Assembly (NCBI GenBank): GCA_951406725.2
Contig: OX597818.1
Location: 125,550,001-125,614,000 of the forward strand
Direction: 5' to 3'
Origin: Octopus vulgaris
Taxonomy: Eukaryota
DNA: 64,000 nucleotides
Shown: positions 37,267 to 51,825 of the stretch, one piece after another
Layout of the letters: every line of letters begins with the position of its first letter
How positions within the stretch are numbered: position 1 is the stretch's first letter
The notes under the pieces: generated by a model
Database searches by the model: none
Seen by the model: only the letters and a program-made list of their open reading frames with translations
Told to the model about the DNA's origin: nothing
Program-made: the position numbers and the translations under genes

Positions 37267-37331
37267 GACGGGACCACCAGACCGACCGGTTTCGAACTAT
37301 TTGTGCTCATCTTCAGTGGTGGCCACCCGTC
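37267..37331 (-). ncRNA. Full-size type I hammerhead ribozyme with an extended, bulged stem I
   Basis: GACGGG-UG-GCCACCA-CUGAAGA-U-GAGC(ACAAAUA)GUUC-GAA-ACC(GGUC)GGU-C-UGGUGGU-CCCGUC. Confidence 0.85.
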
Positions 37332-37519
37332 CGCTAGAAATAGTAGTAGTTCACTACAAATTGCACCGATAACCAGCTTTTTCTAATTTTATAATTGCTT
37401 TTCGCTTTTCCTAACACACTCATACACACAAGCATTCACAGACACATACGCACTTACTGCGCGCATATTTGAGTGTATACATGTGTGCTCGTGTGCGTGT
37501 GTTTGTATATGTATTTATC

Positions 37520-37558
<39 letters not shown>

Positions 37559-37707
37559 CATGCATATAAAGATATAAACACATGTATGTGTGCATCAAAA
37601 TGTACATTTATCATACTATACGGATGGCTTCCACCAACATACACACTTGTGAGCATACATATACACCACGCACACACATACACATATATATGTACGTATA
37701 TATGAAA

Positions 37708-37797
<90 letters not shown>

Positions 37798-37966
37798 ATC
37801 TATCTAACTATACCTATGTGTCTGTCTATGCATATATATGTGTGCTTGTGTACATACACACACTCATGCACACACACATGCACACATTTGGAAGGAATTT
37901 ATTAAATATATTTCTGCATATGTAAGGTTTCAATATCCAACACGCACACATACATGCACACGCACT

Positions 37967-38016
<50 letters not shown>

Positions 38017-38359
38017 GATATATACACATATATATACACATATACACATATATATATACACATATACACATTCATATATACATACATACCTTTTATTTAT
38101 TTATCTCTTAGTATCTGTAATCAAGAGGCCCATCAATTTTGCTCCAATGACCCTGAATATCTCAGTACCTCATTTAGATCCCTAATTTTTTTTGGTTGTT
38201 GTTTCTTTTATCGGGGTCAATGTTTCAGTGCAAAATAATCAAATGGGAATCTACCAACGTTTCGTTATTGCTGGTAACTTAGTACACACGTATGACGTGC
38301 TTTGGGGGATGCCCCCTTTTTACTATAGTGTGTTTGTTGTACTGCAAAGCATGATGCGG

Positions 38360-39640
38360 TCGTTGTAAAGATGGCGTCGATGACGGTGGTTAGGATGACG
38401 GCGGTGATGGCGTTGGTGGTAATGGTGGTGGTGGTAGTGGTAGTGGTGGTGGTGGTGTTGGCAGTGATGATAGCTGTGGTGATGTTTCTGCTGTTATTGG
38501 TGACGGCGATATTTCTGATGATGTCGATGTTGGTGGTGATGGTGATGGTGATGGTTGTGATGGTTTTGGTTGTGATGGTGGTGGTTGTGATGGTGGTTGT
38601 GATGGTGGTGGTTGTGATGGTGATGGTTGTGGTAGTGTTGAAGGTGGTGGTTAGGATGGTGGTGGTTGTGGTAGTGTTCACGATGGTGGTTGTGATGGTG
38701 GTGGTTAGGATGGTGGTGGTTGTGGTAGTGTTCACGATGGTGGTTGTGATGGTGGTGGTGGCTGTGATGGTTGTGGTGGCTGTGATGGTGGTGGTTGTGA
38801 TGGTGGTGGTTGTGATGGTGGTGGTTGTGATGGTGGTGGCTGTGATGGTGGTGGTTGTGGTAGTTTTCACAGTGGTGTTTGTGATGGTGGTGGTTGTGGT
38901 AGTCTTGATGGTGATAGTTGTGATGGTGGTGATGCTAATGGATACGATCGTGATGATGGTTGTGGTGATGGCGATGATGATGTTAGTGTTGATAGTCGTG
39001 TCGGTGGTAGTGGTAGTGGTGATAGCTGTGGTGACGTTTCTATTGTTGTTGTTATTGTGATGGCGATGGTTGTACTATTGGTTATAAGGCTGCCGATGAC
39101 GGTGTTGGTGGTATTGATGGTGGTGAATGCGTTGTTATTTTAGTTGATGTTTATGTTTGTAGTGGTGGTTTATAGTGATGGTTAATGTGATGATGGTGAT
39201 GATGATGATGATGACGACGATGATTGCGGTGGTGTTGGTGTTGGCTCATTAACAGTGGTTGTGAAGGTGATACCGGAGTTATGGTGGTGTTTGTACTGGT
39301 AGTGGTGTTGGCGGTATAGAGGTACTGCGGTGATGGAGGTGGTGGCGACGCGAAGATGGTGGTGTTGGTAGGGGTGATAGTGGTGAGGATAGTGTTGTTT
39401 GTAGTGAGAGTGGTGGTGATGGTAGTGGTAGTGGTGATGGTAACTGAGATGGTTGCGTGGTGCGAGTATCGGTGGTGGTAATAGTGGTGAAGGTGGTGGT
39501 GGTGGTGGTGTTTGAGATGGTTGTGATGAGAGCAGTATTAGTGGTATTGGTGGTAGTAGTGATAGTGGCGGTAGTGGTGGTGGTGGTGATGGTGGTGGTA
39601 GTGATGGTGATGGTCATGTTGATAGTGGGTGATAAATGAT
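38360..39640. repeat. Long degenerate (GGT/GAT)n repeat
   Basis: Val/Met-rich and Thr/Ile-rich pseudo-ORFs on both strands. Confidence 0.9.
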
Positions 39641-40402
39641 AGTAATGGCTTAGGATGTAGTAGCGGGTGTCTGCAATGAATGTATTGCAAGGAGAGAGAA
39701 TAGATTCAGTCTGTGAAGTGGGTGTCACAGACGGATTGTGTGTATGTTTGCCTCTGTGTGTGTGCGCGTGTGTGGTGTGTGTGTGTGTGTATGTGTGTTT
39801 GTGTGTGTGTGTGTGCGTGAGTGTGTGCACCTGTATTGAAATAGTGCATAAATCATGGTAACTAGTCCATAGTTTGAACAGGTATGTACATTTTGCGACT
39901 GTGTTTGTGTGTTTGTGATTGTGTGTGTATGTGTGTGTATGTGTGTATTGTGTGTGTATGTGAACGCGTGTTTTCTCCATGTGTATGCATGTGTGCGTGT
40001 ATGTGTGCGCGTGTGTGCGTGTGTGCCTGTGCGTCCACGCATGTGTGCCTGTGTGCCGCTGTGTTTGTGTGCCTGTGTGTCTGTGTGTCAGTGCATAATT
40101 GTGTTTGTGCAGGCTTTAGAAGTTGATACTGTTTAAACCTGAAGAGTCGTGTGAGTGCATATGTGTTTGTTTATGGTGTGTGTGTGTGTGAGTAGTTGTG
40201 TGTCCGTGTTCGTGTATGAGTATGCCTGTATGTGTGTGTGTGTGTTTGTTTGTTTGTGTGTGTGTGTGTGTGGGGTGTGTCTAATTGAGTTCGTGCAAGC
40301 TTCAAAAGGTAATACAGTTTGATCAAATGGTGTCATGTGAGTGCCTATGTATTTGATGATGTGTTTTCATTGTGTGTATCTCCTCTCTTTGTGTGAGTGT
40401 GT

Positions 40403-40473
<71 letters not shown>

Positions 40474-40584
40474 CGCACGTTTGTGCGTATTTGTATTTGA
40501 AAATGATCATGTGTTAGAGTGTGGCTAAGGGTCTGCAATACTGTTTCTTTCACTGTCCATCCGTACATACATACGTACATATTC

Positions 40585-41003
40585 TCTTTCTCTTTTCTCT
40601 TTCATTTGTTTCAGTCATTTGACTGCGGCCATGCTGGAGCACCGCCTTTTAGTCGAGCAAATCGACCCCAGGACTTACTCTTTGTAAGCCTAGTACTTAT
40701 CCTATCGGTCTCTTTTGCCGAACCGCTAAGTAACGGGGACGTAAACACACCAACATCGGTTGTCAAGCGATGTTGGGGAGACAAACACAGACACAAACAC
40801 ACACACACACACACGCATATATATACATATATATATATTCGACGGGCTTCTTTCAGTTTCCGTCTACCAAATCCACTCACAAGGCTTTGGTCAGCCCGAG
40901 GCTTTAGTAGAAGACACTTGCCCAAGGTGCCACGCAGTGGGACTGAACCCGGAACTGTGTGGTTCGTAAGCAAGCTACTTACCACACAGCTACTCCTGCG
41001 CCT
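40585..41003 (-). mobile_element. Family B SINE, full length
   Basis: Close match to 27980-28390. Confidence 0.9.
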
Positions 41004-41626
41004 ATGTACACATATACAGAAACACGTAAATACGCGCGCGCCGTACACACACATACACATATAATATAAACACAAACATATGACTATGTGTATATTTATA
41101 TATATGTAAACATACAATTCTTTAAGTATATTATCTTTAGTAGTAATTTGAATTTTTCCTATAAATACTGGTTTCTCAAAGAAACAAACCTCTTTTGATC
41201 TAAGAGAAAACTTCAGTGTAGTTGCATGTCGAACTGTAATAAAGTCTTGCACATTTAAACAGTGCCGCTTATTGACTGAATTCATAATGTATGCGTTAGT
41301 TTTCCTCTTTATACTCGAAAATGGTTGCTATCTGAAATTACCATCTACGCAGTAACATAGCCAATGTACCAATAAATATTTATCAATGTGGATTTTTTTT
41401 AAATCTGAGAAGTGAATATATATATATATATATCAGTTTGAAAATATAGTCACGAAACACGTGTAGCCTTTTTACTAATTATATACTATTTATTTATTTC
41501 GTACTTCATTTAGTTCTAGGTAAATGTTTTATCGTACCTTAAATTTTTTCTATATGGTATGATTTAATTATATCATTGTTGAATTGCTACATGGTGGTTC
41601 TTCTCTCATTTATATACATACATATA

Positions 41627-41694
<68 letters not shown>

Positions 41695-41759
41695 TGTATG
41701 TATGCATGTATGTATGTATGTATGTATGTATGTATGTATGTGTGTATGTATGTATATAT

Positions 41760-42006
41760 GTATGTATGTGCAGATTTGTGTGTTTTATGTATGTATTCTC
41801 TTGCATATAGTTGCATAAATAAACATGCCCATATATGTTTAAATGATAAACTTCTTGAAAGTTTTACAGATTTTTACAGTTCCAGTGATAGATTGGATCT
41901 GTAGTCTTCGAATTAGCTTCCTTCTTTCTGGTTTTGAGAAGCCTAATGTCTCAAGATTGGTATTTAGGCAGTGTGTTACATATCCCAGGGCACCAGTAAT
42001 TACAGG
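41760..42006 (-). mobile_element. 3' end of the R4/Dong-like LINE in (ATGT)n
   Basis: Reverse complement of ~1149-1400 ([26 protein letters not shown]), with (ATGT)n on both sides. Confidence 0.85.
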
Positions 42007-42262
42007 TATGTTTGTACGTATGTATGTATGTATGTATGTATGTATGTATGTATGTATGTATGTATGTATGTATGCATAAGTATGAACTTCTATGTAATCG
42101 ACGAGTATTCAGTTTATTTGAGCACACTGGCGCAACTTGAAATGACGTCTTTTAGTAACTTCATCGCCACCCGGTCCAGGTGCCGAACCCACGACCTCAG
42201 GAACGTGAGCCCTAACCGCTAGGCCGCACACTTTCACACACACACTCACACGCACACACACA

Positions 42263-42329
<67 letters not shown>

Positions 42330-42631
42330 AATAGATACACATACACACACATACACTACACACATATACACACATACACTACACGCACACGCACATATAT
42401 CCACATAAACACTTATTGCCCTGAATCAAACAAAAGAGTTTTGTCACTTTGCTGCTTATCGCCCCTTTTTATGCGATCAGAATCGAGGATCACATAGGAT
42501 TACTTTTGGCGGTGAACAACATTGTGGTGTTATTCTTGTTTGGTAAATGACTCGGTTTGAAATCTTGTGCTGATATGGAAACAATGATATTGTGGAAAGT
42601 TCATTCTAGCCATTTTAATCTCTTATATAAA

Positions 42632-42790
42632 CGAGTGGCTGTGTGGTAAGTAGCTTGTTTACCAACCACATGGTTCCGGGTTCAGTCCCACTGCGTGGCA
42701 CCTTGGACAAGTGTCTTCTACTATAGCCTCGGGCCGACCAAAGCCTTGTGAGTGGATTTGGTAGACGGAAACTGAAAGAAGCCCGTCGTA

Positions 42791-42854
<64 letters not shown>

Positions 42855-43080
42855 CGTGTATGTTTGTGTGTGTGTTTGTCCCCCTAGCATTGCTTGACAA
42901 CCGATGCTGGTGTGTCTATGTCCCCGTCACTTAGCGGTTCGGGAAAAAAGTGACCGATAGAATAAGTACTGGGCTTACAAAGAATAAGTCCTGGGGTCGA
43001 GTTGCTCGACAAAAGGCAGTGCTCCAGCATGGCCGCAGTCAAATGACGGAAACAAGAAAAAGAGTAAAAGAGTAAAGAGT
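42632..43080 (+). mobile_element. Family B SINE; inverted relative to 40585-41003
   Basis: GAGTGGCTGTGTGGTAAG..GGCACCTTGGACAAGTG..AAAAGAGTAAAAGAGT. Confidence 0.9.
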
Positions 43081-43340
43081 ATGTGTTATATTAATTTTAT
43101 GTATATTTCTTAATAAAACTGTTTACTATGAAGTGCCAAAAAGTTTCATCGTACTTCTGTGAGCTGGTCATTGGCACAATTTCACTTCATTGCAAATATT
43201 TAGTTGGATTTCCTCCACAGAATTCGATATGTAGCTGCAACTGCTTACGTTTTGAGTTCAAATCCCGCTGAATTAGATTTTGTTTTTTGTTCCAGGATCG
43301 ATAAAAGTAAAAGAACACTTGAGTAGGTAAATCGATATAT

Positions 43341-43695
<355 letters not shown>

Positions 43696-44525
43696 TAGTC
43701 GACTATACACCGCTCAGTCAAAATTGTGGTCGTGTATCTGTGTCGTAAATAATTATGTAAACATTACTACTTGTTTCATTGAGTCTCATTCAAGCGTTCG
43801 AATTTTGAGCCACTCCGTGAAACAACAAGGAGCAACAGGAAACCCCCTCCAATGTTTTCTTCAATTTGGTAACATAAACATATAGACACACACATACGCA
43901 GACATGCACAGGCGCACACATACTCAGACATATACATGCTCAGACACACACAAGTATTCTTGCTCTTGCATTGATAGCGAGTACTCTCTCTCTGTCTCTC
44001 TCGTATGAATGTATGCATGTATCTAAATTTGTGGTGGTTATAAATTTTGAGATCTGAGGTCAAGTAGGTTTAATAAGATATTCAGAGTTCATTAAGGGTA
44101 TGTTTTCTGGGTGGATAGAGATTGAGAATTAATTTGCGCTCTTTACGGTCGTCAATTCATTTTGAGAAAGTTTCCATGTTTGATCCCTTAACATATCCAC
44201 ATATCCTGCCTCAACTGAGGCACACCCTACACAGCAACTTCCATTCCCATAAACACCAACACATTTATTCCAGCCTACACACTAACACCATGATCATACC
44301 CATACCCATACACATTTACACCTGCATTTACAAGAACATATGCAAACGTGTACCCAAATATAAGCAATGACAAAAATAAATATGAATAAAATCTTCGCAA
44401 AAATATACTTTGTATACTAGACACAGCCACATACTTATACACATTTAAATATCTTTGTTTCAGTCTATGTTTACGTGTGTTTGCGTGTATGTATGCATTG
44501 ATGTATCTATGAATATATGTATGAT

Positions 44526-44577
<52 letters not shown>

Positions 44578-45514
44578 CATATACAAATAAGAAAATGGAG
44601 GAATAGATTCCTTTCAATCATCAACTTACAGATAATACCAATTCATATAATTTATTAACTAATTAAATAGGAACATCCAAATCCAACAGAATAAAACAGA
44701 ATAAAACAATATACATCAATAAGTAAGATAATACCTTAAAAAATATTGCATATAAAATGGATCTTACAGCTGTTTCAGCCTGTAGATAAAGGTAACATTT
44801 TACCTTCGTCCATCTAATACAATAAATGAACTAATTGCATTGCAATTGTAAGCATTTATGTATTAGCTTTTTGGGTACTTCACTGGCAGTATATTGGATA
44901 ACTGATATCCCATAGTGGGTTACACTCATAACCTCTATCTCACTTTGTACTTGTATATATACATATACATATATATGTATAGCTAAATAGATAGATATAG
45001 ATATATAAAAGTAAGATCCAAGAACCAAGGAGCAAGAAATTACTTATCTTTAAGCAGTCCATAGAATATATAAAAGACAACTTTCGGGAACAGTAATGGT
45101 TTATGGGCGGAGATGATTGTTAATTTTCCCGCATCGAATTATGATAAGCTGAAAAAAGTTTATTTTATAGCTCCCTGTTACGAACTGAGGTTGTTTTATA
45201 TGCGAATAAACATCCCAAAATTAGGGAATGGAGTAGATAAAATCCAGGCTAGACGTTTTAGAGCTAGCGGAAACTCGGAAATAGCAATTATCCAAACGAG
45301 GAGTAGACCGCAAACTACACTTCAGGCTAAGACTATCTTGATTATACGAAGTTTCCATTGTTATTGGGAGATCCCGTGTTAACTCGCAGGGGATTCGATC
45401 GAACACCCAGCGAATTAACGCGGGACCTCCTCGAGAGTAGTAATTGCACCGCTTGCTTTGAAACATATGTAGCCTGGGTCGTTGTATCTACTCTATTCCT
45501 TAATTTTAGTGTGT

Positions 45515-45553
<39 letters not shown>

Positions 45554-46330
45554 CATACATACATACATACATACATACATACATACATACATACATACAT
45601 ACATACATACATGCATACATATATATATATGTATTGAAGTTGTTTTCATTACAGTCGATGTAATTCTTTAGTCCTGGATAATGGTGTACTATTAACAATT
45701 AATTCTCTTAATCATATATACTCTAAGACTACATTCTTCAGTTTGTTCATGCGTTTTAAAGGTGTGGCATTGTAGGGATTTTGTGTCTATTACTGACAGG
45801 TAAGCAATAATTATTTGGCTCAATTTACTCCTCATGTGTACCATCAAAATCCTTCTTCATGAAGAGCTGTGAGCTGTATCTGCTCCTAACGGAACGAACG
45901 AGCAAGTGCTTTTCATAAGGCGATAATAACCTCGTAACAATAATAAAGATTTTTTCAGATACAACCTAAAGGGAAATTCCCGTGGATTAAACGTAAGGAC
46001 TATTAACAAAACGAAGCAGGGTGTATGTTTATTAAACGTATCCATATGGACTTTTCACAAATTATCGACATACATGCAATCTCAGACTTTAGTCTATTTT
46101 AGACACACTTCCACTGAATGTATGCATGTATTTATGTATGCATGAAATACACACACACACACACACACACACATACACACACACACACACACACACTCAC
46201 ACACACACATAGAGCGAGAGGGAGAGAGAGAGAGCAGAGAGAAAGAAGGATACATACATATGTCTAACTATATCATTATCTATCTATCTATTAGAATTCT
46301 GTATCTAGATATATACCTACATGAGCATGT

Positions 46331-46373
<43 letters not shown>

Positions 46374-46404
46374 TATATGAATGATTTTGTGCATGTACAC
46401 GTAG

Positions 46405-46523
<119 letters not shown>

Positions 46524-47265
46524 TGCGCGTGTGCTAAAACGTCAATAACCAAACATGTGTTTATAAACTATGTAATTAAAGGTATATCACAGCTTAATAT
46601 ATACGAATGTATCGGAATACGGGCCGGATGTACTGCAGATGTTAGCCATATTGTGTTCTGTTTCAAATCCACTTAGTCCCTCTAACAAGCATACATACAT
46701 CCGTCGAATACCTGCATGAATAGAATGATAACGGGAATGAATTTCTTTTATATAACCTCCTCTGATGCATATATAGACACATACAAATGGACGCTCAAAC
46801 TCACACTCACACACACGCGCGCGCACATTCGCTTACTTAGCAAATAGAAAATCTTAATTGCAAAATCTAAGAAAGAAAAGTGTAATCGACATCTGTTGAA
46901 ACGGAAACAGTCTATCTTATGTATGTATGTATGTATGTATGTATGTATGTATGTATGTATGTATGTATGTATGTATGTATGTATGTATGCATGTATGTAT
47001 GTATGTATGCATGTATGCATGTATGTATGTATGTATGCATGCATGTATGTATGTATGTATGTATGTATGTATGTATGCATGCATGTATGTATGTATGTAT
47101 GTATGCATGTATGCATGTATGTATGTATGTCTGTATGCATGTATGTATGCATGTATGCATGTATGTATGTATGTATGTATGTATGCATGTATGTATGTAC
47201 GCATACATGCATGCATGCATGTATGCAAGTATGTATGTATATGCATGCATATATATGTAAATGCG

Positions 47266-47301
<36 letters not shown>

Positions 47302-47724
47302 AGTGTGTGTGAAGGTGCATGGCTCAGTGGTTAGAAGGTCGAGCTTACGATCGTGTGGTTGTGAGTTCGATTGTGTTGTGTTCTTGAAGCAAGACACTTT
47401 ATTTCACGTTGCTTCAGTTAACTCAGCTGTAGAAATGAGTTGCAACATCACTGGTGCCAAGCTGTATCGGCCCCTTTGCATTTCTCTTGGTTAACATCAG
47501 TGGTGTGGAGAGGGGAGACTGGTATGCATGGGCGACTGCTGGCCTTCCATAAACACCTTTACCCGGACTTGTGCCTCGGAGGGTAACTTTCTAGGTATAA
47601 TCCCATGGTCAGTCATCATCAAAAGGGGTCTCCTCCTATATATATATATATGGCTGAATGTATGTCACATCAACATATGTCTGTATGTGTATGTGTTTAC
47701 ATGCACACTTATCTATATAAATAT

Positions 47725-47955
47725 ATATTTCTTTACTACCCACAAGGGGTTAAACATAGAGGGGACAAACAAGGACAGATAAACGGATTAAGTCGATTAC
47801 ATCGGCCCCAGTGCGTAACTGGTACTTAATTTATCGACCCCGAAAGGATGAAAGGCAAAGTCGACCTCGGCGGAATTTGAACTCACAACGTAACGGCAGA
47901 CGAAATACGGCTACGCATTTCGCCCGGCGTGCTAACGGTTCTGCCAGCTCGCCGC
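47725..47955 (-). mobile_element. Family A SINE, full length
   Basis: Reverse complement of 24661-24888. Confidence 0.9.
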
Positions 47956-47964
47956 ATACCTACA

Positions 47965-48016
<52 letters not shown>

Positions 48017-48348
48017 TTTATACTGATTAGAAGCGCTAACCAGTGATTGAGAGTAACAAATACTTGTTACCAGTTCAAATATGTTTTCCAGATATTTGAA
48101 ACCGAGCTAATCAGATGCACATAAAACAGCAGATGCTTCGGGCCAGGTGTGTGCATGTATAACAAGGAACCAGAAGCATAGATGGCCATCTGGATATGTG
48201 CAGCGGAATATGTTGCTTCAGATTTCTTAAGTAACGTAGATAATTTTACAAAAGTTCTTAGGCAAATGCTCTAATACCCCTATATGAATGCATGTATATA
48301 TGTATATGTATGTCTATGCCAATCTATGCCTGCGGATGAGCATGTGTG

Positions 48349-48435
<87 letters not shown>

Positions 48436-48692
48436 GTCTGTCTGTCTCTTCCACTCTCTCTGTACTGTATGTATATATATATGTATACACACACAAACAC
48501 ACACACATACACACACACACTTATATTTTATAAGATTGTGTATTTATGTCACGAGCGCTTATGATGATCAGCGAGTTTAAGCATGTATATACGTCGGTAT
48601 ATTTTTATTGATGCATAAATGTACATTGGCGAAATGTATTTATATATGTGGGAATATACTTATATATTGCTATATTTATATATTGTTTTACG

Positions 48693-48729
<37 letters not shown>

Positions 48730-49139
48730 CTTCTAGAGATCGACACACCCTCTTGAAAAACAAAAAAAATCATCTTTTTGCATTTCTCTAGATATATAGG
48801 TAACGTCATGGAGTTACACGAATGAATTTATTGTCCATCAGTATCATATAAATACAAATAACCTCGCTAGAAACATGCTAGAAAAATCCAATAACCATTT
48901 ATAATAACATAGTTAACTCATTCCCATCCTTACCAAACTACGCAGTTTGAATTTCCTTAATAGAAATCTAATAACTTAACAAACATTCAACTTTGGTCTG
49001 ATCTGTACTGTGTGACCAACAGATTTATCTACATTTTTGTGGGGAAATCTAAAACAAATAAAAGGCAACATTTTATACAAAGAATAATATCGTAACTTGA
49101 ATGTCACACACCTACGAGAGTCGGCTGTAGATTTCATAA

Positions 49140-49576
49140 GCTGACTAAGTTTGTCTCATGTAACGTGACCAAATGATGTTTATTTTTAAGCATAGTCCCC
49201 CTTGCATCGTTGCTTGCATAGTCCATCTCCCATCGGTGCTGCACTACTTGGATCTTGTTGGTAAAAATACTTTCTTCTTGTTGATCAAAAACCGCCAACA
49301 GCAGATATGACATCATCATTACTGTAAGATAGGTTCCAGCCAAGTGTTTTTTTTTTCATATTGGGGAAGATATGATAGTCAGATAAGGTCAAATCAGGAG
49401 AATAGAGAGGGTGATCAACCACTTCAAAGCCACAGTCAGTAAGGCAGCCATTGAAAGCATGGACTTGTGTGCTGGAGTATTGCCCTGATGAAACAAGACC
49501 CCTTTTATCAATTTCCCAGGTTGTTTGGTCTTGATAGTCATTCGCAACTGCCTCAGCAAATGATGGGCGATCCTTC

Positions 49577-49577
<1 letters not shown>
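49140..49577 (-). mobile_element. Mariner transposase 3' fragment
   Basis: KGVLFHQGNTPAHKS and GFEVVDHPLYSPDLTLSDYHIFPNMKK (YSPDL..SD motif). Confidence 0.85.
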
Positions 49578-49639
<62 letters not shown>

Positions 49640-49714
49640 AAGAGTATGTACCCTGCCCCCACATATATATGCAAGTATAATACGGTTTTGTATCTCTCTC
49701 TCTCTATATATATA

Positions 49715-49745
<31 letters not shown>

Positions 49746-50124
49746 ATATATATATATATCTATCTATATATATATATACACATACACACACACACACACT
49801 TACATATATGTGTGTGTGTCGGTGTTCGTTTTCTTGTAACTTTTTTTTATACATGCATATGTTTTTTTCAGCATCCTCGGAAATAACCTGCAGGAAGGAA
49901 ACGACGTAGATGTTTGCGTATCTCCGCCTCAATCACAAAGCAAAAAGCATTACAAAACAAAATAAGGAAAGGAAAATATTTAAAAGCAAAAGAAAAGAAG
50001 AGAAACACAATTAAGTGTTAGCAGTAACTATAATTACTTCGGTTTATCACAGCTTATATAAGATTTCTTATCTAACGGAGTGAGAGAGAAAGAGAAAAGG
50101 AGAGAGAATGAAAGAGAGTGACAG

Positions 50125-50168
<44 letters not shown>

Positions 50169-50941
50169 CGTCTGGGCGAATGTATGCGTAGGTGCATACA
50201 ATCTAAATAACGGCCATCTTTAACAGATATTGGCGGATTAAATTTCGCATTTTCCTGTCCGGAGCTTTTGATAGACTTATATGAAAATATATTCAAGCAG
50301 GCAGAATCGTTAAAGCGTCGTCGGTAAAATTGCTTGGCGGCATTCGTTAATCGACTCTTTACGTTCTGAATTCAAATCGCGCCGAGGTCAATTTAGTCTT
50401 TCATCCTTTCAAGGTCGATGAAATAAAGTATCAGTAAAATACTCAAGTGAGTTGTATCGTCTAATGCCCACCTCCTTCGAAATTGTTGGGCTTGTGCCAA
50501 AATTTCAATGCATCGTTAATGTTGAATTCGTATTCAGATCTAGCACTGTTGTGAGTGGTTGTTTACTTGTTTGTTTGTTTGCTTCTTTCTTTCTTTCTTT
50601 CTTTCTTTCTCCTTTCCTTTCGTTTTTCTTTCTTTTTTTTTCACTTTTTTTTAGATAAATTAATTTCTTTTAAAAATGTGGTAAATCATTCTTTGATGGG
50701 ATTTACACACACACACGCGCGCGCGCGCGCGCGCACACACACACACACACACACTGCAACTTTTTCCCCCTTTATTTTCATAAGGGCATTCATTATGTTT
50801 GCCTGATGAAGTTTTGTCAAAATGTGAAGAAAAGAGCTAATAAGGTTAGGTCTTTATAAATATTTATTTAGTTGAATTATACACAAGTACTTCTATGTAA
50901 TTAGTATAGGAGTGACTGTGTTGTAAGAACCTTGCTCCTTT

Positions 50942-50977
<36 letters not shown>

Positions 50978-51255
50978 ACTTGAACGGAAGGACGATAAAG
51001 GAACGGAAAATGTTTTGGCTAAATATATGAACATGCTTTTAGTTCGTCATTTATCATCCAAAAATCATTACAATTTCACGCCTTTAACTATAATGTTGTT
51101 CATTTTGGTGGTGCTGCCGGGAACAATGGACAGTGAGGACGGAACAAACGTAGAGGACAGGTGTTTGGTACGAATATTGACATACAAACAAAATAAAGGC
51201 TGTACGCCTAAGACTGTATAGAAGTAATGCAACGGGAAATGAGGACTTATAGGAT
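50978..51255 (-). mobile_element. Old repeat in (TA)n with a degenerate permuted hammerhead-like motif (51044-51099)
   Basis: ACAAC-A-UUAU / GAA-AUUGU / AUAA-AUGACGA, with (TA)n on both sides. Confidence 0.4.
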
Positions 51256-51365
<110 letters not shown>

Positions 51366-51637
51366 CTGGACATGTCGCCCGACTCACCGATAATCGGTGG
51401 TCCCGCGCAGTTGTCGAGTGGTATCTGCGCGAGCGGAAACGACCACTCGGAAGGCCTCCATGACGGTGGAGTTACGATTTCAGGAGGACGATTGGTATCA
51501 CGTGGATGAGAAGGGCGCGAACCAGAGAGGAGTGGACAGCGTGCTGTGACCAGCGGTGTCAAATGGCCGCCCGACGGATTGGTCAGTCAAGGTGATCAAG
51601 GTGATATGTATATATATATAGGATTTGATATATATAT

Positions 51638-51760
51638 AGTGGATTTATCTCTAATTTAATATAGTATAATATAATATATTTATACTATAAAATTGGATTT
51701 AATCCTAAATCTGATTATTCCCTGTAAGTTGGGATTTATTCCCTAATATTTTATTATATA
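51638..51760 (+). mobile_element. pLTR tail fragment of the 17161-17440 family
   Basis: Reverse complement match to 17161-17273, within (TA)n. Confidence 0.75.
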
Positions 51761-51766
51761 TATATT

Positions 51767-51825
<59 letters not shown>

